Assembly: GCF_006345805.1 (NCBI RefSeq) | Contig: NC_043014.1 | Location: 38,998,001 to 39,062,000 of the forward strand | Direction: 5' to 3' | DNA: 64,000 nt | Source of the DNA: Octopus sinensis | Taxonomy: Eukaryota | Shown: positions 1 through 10,814 of the stretch, in pieces | Layout of the letters: each line of letters starts with the position of its first letter | How positions within the stretch are numbered: position 1 is the first letter of the stretch | Made by a program: the position numbers and the translations under genes | The notes under the pieces: model-generated | Database searches by the model: none | Told to the model about the DNA's origin: nothing | What the model saw: the letters and a program-made list of their open reading frames with translations, nothing else

Positions 1-138
1 AGGATGTCTCCACATGCGGGATTGTTGGGGACTGCTTGTGAAAACCACATATTCCCACGAGACTTCTTCCATGAGTAGAAGAAGCCGACTCAACCTGCTC
101 AGGGTGAATGTCACCACAAGTACAAGTAAGTAAGTAAC
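1..138 (+). mobile_element. Probable non-LTR (RTE-like) 3' end with (GTAA)n tail
   Basis: GC-richer segment ending caagtacaagtaagtaagtaa. Confidence 0.35.
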
Positions 139-356
139 TTGCAAGACAAAAAAAATTTTTGGGAGGGATGGGGACTTGGAGGAGGTAATCTTGTGTCAGA
201 TGATGAAAGAGTAAAGTATGACAGAGAGACAGAGACAGAAACGGGTATCTTGCTGTAGAGGGGGTACATGGTTTCCCAGCCAGAGAGAGAGTGAGAGAGA
301 GTGCCTAGGTATGTGTGTGTGAGTGTGTTTGTATATATATTGTAGAAGACACTTGC

Positions 357-693
357 TCTGCATGGCACCTTAGGCAAGTGTCTTCTACTATAGCCTCGGG
401 ACGACCAAAGCCTTGTCAGTGGATTTGGTAGATGGAAACTGAAAGAAGCCCATCGTATATATGTATATATATGTATGTATGTGTGTGTGTACATCTGTGT
501 TTGTCTCCCAACATCGCTTGACAATCGATGGTGGTGTGTTTACGTCCCCGTAACTTAGCGGTTTGGCAAAAGAGACCGATAAAATAAGTGCTAGGCTTAC
601 AAAGAATAAGTCCCGGGGTCGATTTGCTCGACTAAAGGCAGTGCTAGAGCATGGCCACAGTCAAATGACTGAAACAAGTAAAAGATTAAAGAG
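357..693 (+). mobile_element. Family A tRNA-derived SINE, 5'-truncated
   Basis: ccttaggcaagtgtcttctactatagcctcggg, internal (TA)/(TG) tract, tail gtcaaatgactgaaacaagtaaaaga. Confidence 0.85.
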
Positions 694-793
694 TATATAT
701 ATATCATGGACTCTCCTGTCGTTAGATGGCATACGAGGGCCTCTGGAGTTTCTTGCTGAACAACCAGACAGATAATTTGTTTATTGTGATCAC

Positions 794-1233
794 AGGAGTG
801 GCTGTGTGGTAAGTAGCTTGTTTACCAACCACATGGTTCCGGGTTCAGTCTCACTGCGTGGCACCTTGGGCAAGTGTCTTCTACTATAGCCTCGGGCCGA
901 CCAAAGCCTTGTGAGTGGATTTGGTAGATGGAAAACTGAAAGAAGCCTGTCGTATATATGTATATATATATATATATATTATATATATATATATATATGC
1001 GTGTGTGTGTTTGTGTGTCTGTGTTTGTCCCCCTAGCATTGCTTGACAACCGATGCTGGTGTGTTTATGTCCCCGTTACTTAGCGGTTCGGCAAAAGAGA
1101 GCGATAGAATAAGTACTGGGCTTACAAAAGAATAAGTCCCGGGGTCGAGTTGCTCGATTAAAGGCGGTGCTCCAGCATGGCCGCAGTCAAATGACTGAAA
1201 CAAGTAAAAGAGTAAAGAGTAAAAAAGAGTAAA
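794..1233 (+). mobile_element. Family A tRNA-derived SINE, full length
   Basis: A-box-like GGCTGTGTGGT and B-box-like GGTTCAGTC head, internal microsatellite, (AAGAGTA)n tail. Confidence 0.9.
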
Positions 1234-1895
1234 GCATGTGCACTTGCATAAGCTCACTCCTGGTCATCACATCAACATAACCTGTACAGGCGCATGATAT
1301 GTCACGTGTCAGATAACGAAATGATTGCAGAGTAATGTGAAATGGAACATTTTGCTCAAGAACGCAGTGCAGTACCTGGTCTGGGAATCAAAGCCACAAT
1401 CTCGCAATTGTGACTACAACACCCTAACACACACACAATATATATACATATATGCATTGCATGTCTGTCTGGTTTTTTTTTTTTGTATGTGTCTATGTTT
1501 ACAACAGCCTTTTTGTTTGGTTTTAGCTTCTGTGCTTTTATGACTATTAATGATTGCTTTTATGTTAATATATTTACAAGTCAAACCCTTGAAAATTCCA
1601 TGGGAAGCATGACTTATTCATGTTCACTTTATAACAACTGTAACAAATAATAAATTCTTAGGAAATACCAGTTACACTACTACCTTAACTGTCTACAACA
1701 AACAAGTGCATCGAAAACTGTAATACCACCTCTCCAACAAGGAAAACACAATAACCAGCATTGCCATGACCATCACCTAAAACAGGAAAAAAACAAGCAA
1801 ACAAGCAACAGTTACAAAGTGTCTCATTTACATTGTGAATGTCGCAGTTTATGAAAGGAATACACATATTTAATCAATGCCTGCTTTAAATCATT

Positions 1896-2530
<635 letters not shown>

Positions 2531-2589
2531 TATAAATTTTTTTAAATATAAATTGTAATATATATTTTTATAAATATAAATTGTAATCC

Positions 2590-3047
2590 ATCATCATCGT
2601 CATTTAAAGTCTGTTGTCCATGCTGGCATGGGTTGGGTGGTTCAACTAGGGCTTGTAAACTGAGGAGCTGTGCCAGACACCCGTCTGATTTGGCCTGGTT
2701 TCTACCGTTGGATGCCCTTCCTAATGTCAACCACTCCAAGACTGTAATGGGTGCATCTGCGTACCACTGGCATGGATGCCAGTTGTGTGACACCAGTATC
2801 TGCCACAATGATGATATCATTGCCTTCATGAGGCCCAATACTTGAAAGGTGCTTTTTACATGCCATTGGCATGGGTGCCTATTACCTGATGCTGGCATCA
2901 GGTACAACTATGATTTCACTTGGCTTGATGGGTTTTCTCAAGCACAGCGTATTGCCAAAGGTCTCGGTCACTAGTCATTGCCTCTGTGAGTCTCAACATT
3001 CGAAGATCATGCTTCACCACCTCATCCCATGTCTTCCTGGGTCTCTT
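2590..3047 (-). mobile_element. 5'-truncated RTE-clade LINE (family C)
   Basis: Minus frame RPRKTWDEVVKHDLRMLRLTEAMTSDRDLWQYAVLEKTHQAK-stop, then long 3'UTR and (GAT)n tail. Confidence 0.85.
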
Positions 3048-3419
3048 AGTTAAGTTAAGTTAATTTTTTTGGCTCAAAAAGCGAAAAGCAAGGCCATGTA
3101 GGGGGACATGGAGTTATGTACAGGGAGGGTGTTCATGCAAAGAGTTCAGGCCATTTCTGGTCAAGAGAGACATTGGCATCTTCACTATCTCATCCGACAG
3201 CTTATTCCACGGATCCGCAACCCGGACGGAGAAAGCCCCTCTCCTTCGATTGAGATGAAATCGTCGCAGATAGAGCTTTTTGGAGTGAACCCGCAGCCGA
3301 CGCTCTGGAGTAGGAGTGAAGAACAGCTCTTTCGAGAGGTTACACTTTCCGCTTATGATGTTGTGAGCGAGAATGAGATCACCACTTCCACAGATTCCCT
3401 CCACAGCATCTCTTTTACT
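3048..3419 (-). mobile_element. CR1/L2-type LINE 3' end
   Basis: Minus ORF ...RRLRVHSKKLYLRRFHLNRRRGAFSVRVADPWNKLSDEIV (CR1 RT C-terminal pattern); (TTAAC)n tail at 3048-3063. Confidence 0.8.
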
Positions 3420-6400
3420 TTGTGAATGTTGCAATTTACGAAGGGAATATATATATATATATTTAGTCAATGCCTACTTTAAATCATTGACAATTTTTAA
3501 AAATGTAAATTGAAATCCACAAAGAAAAAAATTCTTCACCATCAGCTGTTACCATCACCACTGTAACCACCACAACCACCACAACCACAACCACCACCAC
3601 CATCACCATTGGTTAAAACAATAAGTGTTTCAGTAGATTTGATCAACAGAACAGACTGCTTGTGGAATTAATGTGTAAGTGGCTGAGTATTCCACAGACA
3701 TGTGTACCCTTAATGTAGTTCTCAGGGAGATTCAGAGTGTGGCAAGGCTGGCCCTTTGAATTACTCATATAACTCATTTTTGACTCCTGAGTGGACTGCA
3801 TCAATGTGAAGTAAAGTGTCTTGCTCAAGGACACAACATGCTACTGGGAATTGAACTCACGACTTTACAATCATGAACTGAATACCCTAGCCATTAAGCT
3901 ATGTGCCACCACCACCACCACCACCACCACCACCGCCATCTCACACACACACACACACACACAAACATATATATATATATATATTATGGGCTTCTTTCAG
4001 TTTTCTTTCTACCAAATCTACTCACAATGCTTTGGTTGATTTGGGTCTACAGTAGACGACACTTGCCCAAGGAGCCATGCGGTGGAACTGAACTTGAAAC
4101 CATGTAGTTGGGAAGCAAGCTTCTTACCACACAGCCATGCCTGCCCTATGTATATGTGTGCATTCCATTTTCCTTTGAGTTCACAGGACTTGAAAGTTCC
4201 CTTGCATTCCCATCTCTCAGCTAGTATATTGGCACAGAGATTGATCAGCTGGAATACTTGAGCACTGCCCTCAGAACTTCCCAAAGCTATCACTACTATT
4301 TGCAGGGTCCCAAAGAATTACTTTTTTTTTTCTCGTGAGAGAGAGAGTTGAGCTTGAACTCAGAACACACAGAATTACAACAAAGGAGGCAGTTCAAGGC
4401 TTTTCAACTAATGCTCTAGCATTCCACCATTCTCTTAACCATGTCAGGTACAATGTTTACCATCATCTGTAAGGATTAACAGCAAAGGTGAACTAAGCAG
4501 GAAATTAAATCATTCATGATAACAGAAGATATTTTTTCATGTAGAGAAGCACCCAGCACACTCTCAGCGTGGCATCCAGCTGTAGAAACTCTGCCAGATC
4601 AGATTGGAGCCTGGTGCAGCCATCTGGTTCGCCAGACCTCAGTCAAATCGTCCAACCCATGCTAGCATGGAAAGCAGATGTTAAACGATGATGATGATGA
4701 TGAATTTCACAAACAACTCAGTACATATGAAGGATGTGAAAAAAATATTCATAATTATCCAAGTCCAGAGAATTGATATATTAAACAACTATGAAGAAAA
4801 TCAAATTATTATACAAAATTGGAACATATTTATACACCTCAAAATACCAATGTGTGGATATATAAACATATATATATGTATGTATGTATGTATGTACGTA
4901 TGTATGTATGTATGTATGTATGTATGTATGTATGTACGTATGTGTGTATGTATGTATGCATGTCATTATTTAGTTTATTTCAAGATTTTTTGCCAATAGA
5001 GAAAGGACCAATTTCTAACCTAGATCCAAGGCTCTTTCATTGGAATTTCAACATCAACAACAGAATATTTTTGTTTGTATGTATGTATGTATGTTGTATG
5101 TATGTATGTATGTATGTATGTATGTATGTATGTGTGTGTGTGTATGTGTGTGTGTGTGTATGTATGTATGTATCATGTAATATACACAGTGTTTAAATTT
5201 GAGTTATACTAAATGATGTTTATCTCTCACTGGATGGAGTACTTTTTTTGTTGATCCTATCTTTAATGGAACAGTGAATTATTAGTGTATGTGTATGCAT
5301 GTGTGTGTGTGTGCGTGCTTGTGTGTGTGTGTATGACAGCTCTTCATACAAGTTATGTATTTATGTCCAGAAATTCATGTTTGTGTTCATGTGCATAGGA
5401 GCAAAAAATATTTTTGTAACTTAAATTGATTTTTCATTTTATCTCTGGGTTTTTTAATTCTTTTGTAAAGTTGTTTACAAGTTAGGGAAACTGTAACAGA
5501 TTTCATAGCTTTCTGGCTTCTGTTGTATCTGTCCTGTGATTCTTAACTCGTTTCTCTCTGTTATTCATGCAAGTTTATGTAGCTATAAACCATTCAATAA
5601 ACCTTAGAAAAGGGGATTGTTGTTGTTGTTGTTAAGCAACAAGACGGGTAAGGGTGATTAGGTGATAGTCTAGGGCTTAGGGGCGGGAGACCTCAGACCT
5701 TGGAAAAAAAAAAAACTTTTGTCGTCTTGTTGTAGTCGAGGGCTCTTCTTCGTTGATGCCCGACACCACTGGGAGGTGGCCCTCGAAGTCGCTGGAAATG
5801 GAGATCTCCAGGTCCAAATTCTTGAATGGCTACACAAGGGGATGGAGTGAGGGGAAGAGAACTTGTCACTGAAGAAAATGCTCTCGAAGAAAGGAAAAGA
5901 CAGTAGTGCCAGTGGAGAGCTTCTTCAAATGCTCTCACTGCATACGAGACTGCCACTCCTGTGTAGGCCTGTACAGCTACAGCAGACAAGGCAGCTCCTT
6001 CAGCAGCTGCCACAAAATTCTCCAGGTGCAGATCTATGCTCTTTTGAGACCAACAGATGCCTGTCTACAAGAAGTTGCAACATGATTTGGCTCTGTAACT
6101 ATATTTAAATTTTATTACAAGGAACATGATATCCTGATGTTTGCAAAATTTTAATATATGTGTGGGGGGGGGGGCAAAATTCAAATACATATGTATGTGT
6201 GTAATCGAATATCAAAAACAAAGGTGGTGGGGTTAGCACCAGACTAACAAATAACTCATGAGATTGACATTGAAATCCAGGTAATCTGAATTCAAAACCT
6301 GTTACCAGTCATCATCATCATCATCATCATCATCATCGTTTAACGTCCGCTTTCCATGCTAGCATGGGTTGGACAGTTCAACTGGGGTCTGGGAAGCCAG

Positions 6401-6614
6401 AAGGCTGCACCAGGCCCAGTCTGATCTGGCAGTGTTTCTACAGCTGGATGCCCTTCTAACGTCACCAGGATGCCCTTCCTAATGCCACAGTCAAATTTGT
6501 AAATCCACAACCCATTTATCAAGCTCAATCATTATGTCACTACAGAGTGATATAGGAAATACACACAGATAGTGGGTTCTATACATTTATTGAGGGCTTA
6601 CAATTGTTTCCGGT

Positions 6615-6951
6615 AAGCACCATCCGCTCGTGTCCGTTGCCAGCCTCGCCTGGCCCCCATGCCGGTGGCACGTAAAAGCACCATCCGCTTGTGTCCGTTG
6701 CCAGCCTCGCCTGGCCCCCGTGCCGGTGGCACGTAAAAGCACCATCCGTTCGTGGCCGTTTGCCAGCTCTGTCTGGCACCTGTGCGGGTGGCACGTAAAA
6801 AGCACCCACTAAACTCACGGAGTGGTTGGCATTAGGAAGGGCATCCAGCCGTAGAAACACTGCCAGATCTGACTGGGCTTGATGAAGCCTTCCGGCTTCA
6901 CAGACCCCAGTTGAACCGTCCAACCATGCTAGCATGGAAAACGGACACTAA

Positions 6952-6998
<47 letters not shown>
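6615..6998 (+). mobile_element. Family C RTE 3'UTR with ~61-bp tandem units and long (GAT)n tail
   Basis: aagcacc units start at 6615, 6676, 6737 and 6800; shared family C terminus catgctagcatggaaa...taaatgatgatg. Confidence 0.85.
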
Positions 6999-6999
<1 letters not shown>

Positions 7000-7499
7000 A
7001 GAGGGATTTAGTTTCATAGATCAATTTTATTAATTGATCAATCCATGGTTGAAAGAAAGGAATTTCTTTCTTTCAACTGTTTGCTCACTGTGGCTCTGAA
7101 GAGGATAGCAGTGAAAGATATGTTCTCTACTTTTTCACTCAATTGACCATGGATTGATTCATAAAATTGATCTATGGAACTAAATCTCTCCAATGGTTAT
7201 TCAAAACAAATTGTAAGCCCTCAATAAATGTATAAAATCCATATGCATTTGTATTTGTGTAATATTCTCCGGTTTTTTTTTTTTTTATGTCCTTGTTTTC
7301 ATATACATTTGCTGCTTTCTCCCAAGGAAGCTCTTAGTTTAGTCTTTCCTTGGGGCTGGCCAGATTGGAGCAATCTTGAGTATAACCAGCCAAAGGGAAC
7401 GTCAACTAAATACCAAAGTATGTAGTCCTGCCAGTCGATTACATTTCACTTGTTCGCTTTACATATTAAATAAAAGATTTTGAAAATTAAAGGTGTCTA

Positions 7500-7521
7500 T
7501 TTTTTCTTGCATGTCTGTGTA

Positions 7522-7611
<90 letters not shown>

Positions 7612-7739
7612 ATATATATGTATATATATATATATATATGTATATAATTATATATGTATATATATATGTATATATATATGTATATATATATATGATGTAT
7701 ATATATATATATAATATATATATATGTATATAATATGTA

Positions 7740-7782
<43 letters not shown>

Positions 7783-7801
7783 TATATATGTATGTATGTA
7801 T

Positions 7802-7848
<47 letters not shown>

Positions 7849-7951
7849 GTATGTATATATATATTATATTATGTATGTATGTATATATATATATGTGTAT
7901 ATATATATATGTATATATAATATATATCTATATGTATATGTATGTCTATCT

Positions 7952-7997
<46 letters not shown>

Positions 7998-8004
7998 GTA
8001 TATG

Positions 8005-8035
<31 letters not shown>

Positions 8036-8067
8036 GTATTATATATGTATGTATGTATGTATGTATG
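7500..8067. repeat. Long compound (TA)n/(TATG)n/(TG)n microsatellite
   Basis: About 570 bp of almost pure A/T dinucleotide repeats. Confidence 0.97.
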
Positions 8068-8839
8068 TTAGTCTTCTTTCAGTTTCCATCTACCAAATCC
8101 CCAGATCCACTCACAAGGTTTCAGTCAGCCCAAAACTATAGCAGAAGCCATTTGCCTGAGGTGTCACACAGTGGGACTGAACCTGGAACCATGCGGTTTG
8201 TAAACAAGTGTCTTACCACACAGCTATGCCTGCACCTATATGTGTGTGTGTGTGTAGGTAGTTAGATAGCTAGACAAACAAACAAACGGACAGGTAGATA
8301 GTCAGAGATATTTATTATCTTTAAAGAAGAATATTATAAACAGTGACTTCAAAGTTCAAGCCAGCTAAGCCATTACAGTTAATCTTGGCTTTATATAGTC
8401 TTTGTTGAGTTGAACTCTTCCTTTGGTATGTGGGTTTGAGAGAGAGATATGGAGATTTGATGACAGTAAAAGTATCAGTTATAAACTGAAAACCAAGTAT
8501 TTAAAAGAATAGCTACAGATTGACGTAGTGAAAATCTTTTTTGAGGGACATAGTCATAACTGTTTTAAGAACAAACGAAAAGTGAAATATAAACAAGTAA
8601 TAACCAGTGAGTGTGATTATAGGATTTATCAATTATGACTTTTCCCAAATATGAGAATACAAATATGAAAATTTTCTAGATATTATCTCTCTTGTCCTAT
8701 TAAGGTTTGGTATGGTTTATATACACACATATTCACAAAAAATGTTCATTTGCATGCACATCATTGTACTGTAAGTAGGAAATATAAAGCGCTGGAAATG
8801 TGGCAAGATGGAAAGGGAGACAGAGAGAAGAGGAAAGAA

Positions 8840-9790
8840 AGGTAAAGAGAAAAGGAGAGAGCAGTGGTTTGTATTTTTTAATAAATGAACTTTCATTATT
8901 AACTCTTGTTTTGTCTGGGGTATTGTCTGTGCATTGATGGAGTGGAAAGACAAAAAAAAAATGGGAGGTTTGCTTTTTACGCATGTGTACAGATGTGTCA
9001 CTGAGTAGAATTTGTCTAGCTCTGGGATCATGTATTTGTTGATGAATTTATAATCTCATTCTTCAAGTGTGTTTAGTTTGTCCAACGTAGTCTTCTTGGC
9101 ATCCATTGCATTTGAGGGTCTATATTACATTTGTTGAAGAACAAGTAAAATGACTTTTCACAGTAAAAACTTGTCCTGATTTAAATTTATAAGTTGTATT
9201 CTGAATAAGGTTCTCACAAGTTCCACAACTGAACCAGCCACACTTTTTAACTGTTGGAGCTAAGTCCACAGTTGGTAGTTTAGCGTTGGTAAGTAGTTTT
9301 CTTCAGGCTTTGGTGGTCTTTTGCATTTGATTATTTTGTATGACACAAGTGCTTTTTTCATTCGTTGGTCGTGACTCAATAATAGTACATTCTTATAAAT
9401 AATCTTGTTTCTATGTTTCTTGAGTAGCGTATTGTAATTGAAGAAAGAGTTTTGGACGTATCTGAACTGTTTTGGGTTTTAATGTAATTTTCAATGTCCA
9501 CTGCTTTGGCGCATTCCATTCCATTGTAAGTATGGCCTGTTTTAATTCAAAGAGTCATTTTTTTTCTGAACATCCGGACTGGAAACAATTGTTCAGATTC
9601 ATTATCACCTGCCTGAATTATTTAAACTCCTGTCATTGCCCACTTGAGTTATTTTCCTAAGCTCACTTATGAATAGGTGTTTGTGTGCGTATATTTCTGT
9701 TTTTATAAGTCTACAACGGTCTTTTTAGTGTTTGATATAAAGGCGTTTTCTTTTATACCTCACCCTCACCAAATGCTAGCGCCTCATCAA
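8840..9790 (-). mobile_element. Degenerate Penelope-like element (RT C-terminus plus GIY-YIG endonuclease)
   Basis: Minus translation KCGWFSCGTC...FTVKSHFTCSSTNVI*TLKCNGCQEDYVGQTKHT*RMR...FPLHQC...NESSFIKKYKPLL, with stops and frameshifts. Confidence 0.82.
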
Positions 9791-9826
9791 ATAGACATCG
9801 ATCATATAGGCACTAGAGTTGATACT

Positions 9827-10228
9827 TATTTCTTTACTACCCACAAGGGGCTAAACAGAGAGAGAACAAACGGATTAAGTCGATTATATCGACCCAGTGC
9901 GTAACTGGTATTTATTTAATCGACCCCGAAAGGATGAAAGGCAAAGTCGACCTCGGCGGAATTTGAACTTAGAACGTAGCGGCAGACGAAATACCTATTT
10001 CTTTACTACCCACAAGGGGCTAAACACAGAGGGGACAAACAAGGACAAGCAAACAGATTAAGTCGATTATATCGACCCCAGTGCGTAACTGGTACTTATT
10101 TAATCGACCCCGAAAGGATGAAAGGCAAAGTCGACCTCGGCGGAATTTGAACTCAGAACGTAACGGCAGACGGAATACTACTAAGCATCTCGTCCGGCGT
10201 GCCAACGTTTCTGCCAGCTCACCGCCTT
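9827..10228 (-). mobile_element. Family B tRNA-derived SINE dimer with 15-bp TSD
   Basis: actagagttgatact at 9812-9826 and 10229-10243; two tandem gaggtcgactttgcctttcatcctttcggggtcgat cores. Confidence 0.92.
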
Positions 10229-10507
10229 ACTAGAGTTGATACTATCGACTAAAACCTTGAAGCCGGTGACCAAGTTAAGATATATGCGCGTGTTCGCTGC
10301 ACTCAATGGCATAGATATTACTATAAATTATTAACAAAAAAAAATCAGTAACTGTTTTTTTAAATTTTATCAGACAGTAATTTAAACGAAACTAAAATTT
10401 TTACAAGACACAAAACATTTTTTCATCGCTTTATCTTTCATTGCATATGAATGTGCATTTAATCACTCATACACACACACACACATATATATATATACAC
10501 ACTCATA

Positions 10508-10556
10508 TATATAAAAAGAGAGTGGGGGGAAAGAGAATGCGTAAAAATATTCAGTG
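10508..10556 (+). promoter_or_regulatory. Possible NEDD8 core promoter (TATA-like plus TCAGT initiator)
   Basis: TATATAAAAA near 10508-10517 and TCAGT at 10551-10555, about 45 nt before the ATG; spacing is longer than canonical and the TATA abuts a microsatellite. Confidence 0.25.
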
Positions 10557-10599
10557 CGAGACTACAGGAAATTGTACGGAGTGATCTCAAACATTAAAA

Positions 10600-10617
10600 A
10601 TGCTCATCAAAGTGAAG
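10600..10617 (+). CDS. NEDD8: NEDD8 coding exon 1 (MLIKVK)
   Basis: ATG at 10600 preceded by AAAA; ATGCTCATCAAAGTGAAG then GT donor at 10618; matches the NEDD8 N-terminus. Confidence 0.95.
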
Positions 10618-10796
10618 GTAATTATCTAATTACATAAAATACATAACATATATGGATATTTTCTGCTATTATTATTATTCCTTTAAAACACATTCGTCTT
10701 TTATTAGTACCTTTAATATATTTGTCTGTTACTTACGTCCTTGTTTGAAAATAAAACAAACAGAATTTGTATAAATCTTCGTTTTGTTTATTTCAG

Positions 10797-10814
10797 ACCC
10801 TCACTGGCAAAGAG
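10797..10814 (+). CDS. NEDD8: NEDD8 coding exon 2, 18-nt microexon (TLTGKE)
   Basis: tttatttcag acceptor; ACCCTCACTGGCAAAGAG; gtaaat donor; phase 0-0. Confidence 0.93.

Noticed and set aside
6615-6810. CRISPR-like spaced repeats
   Set aside because: Units are contiguous tandem repeats in a LINE 3'UTR with no unique spacers; the context is eukaryotic and has no cas genes
7487-8265. Many long ORFs made of YI/IY/CV/MY repeats (also near 2167-2497, 4781-5196, 46095-46382)
   Set aside because: Translations of (TA)n, (TG)n and (TATG)n microsatellites, which lack stop codons by composition
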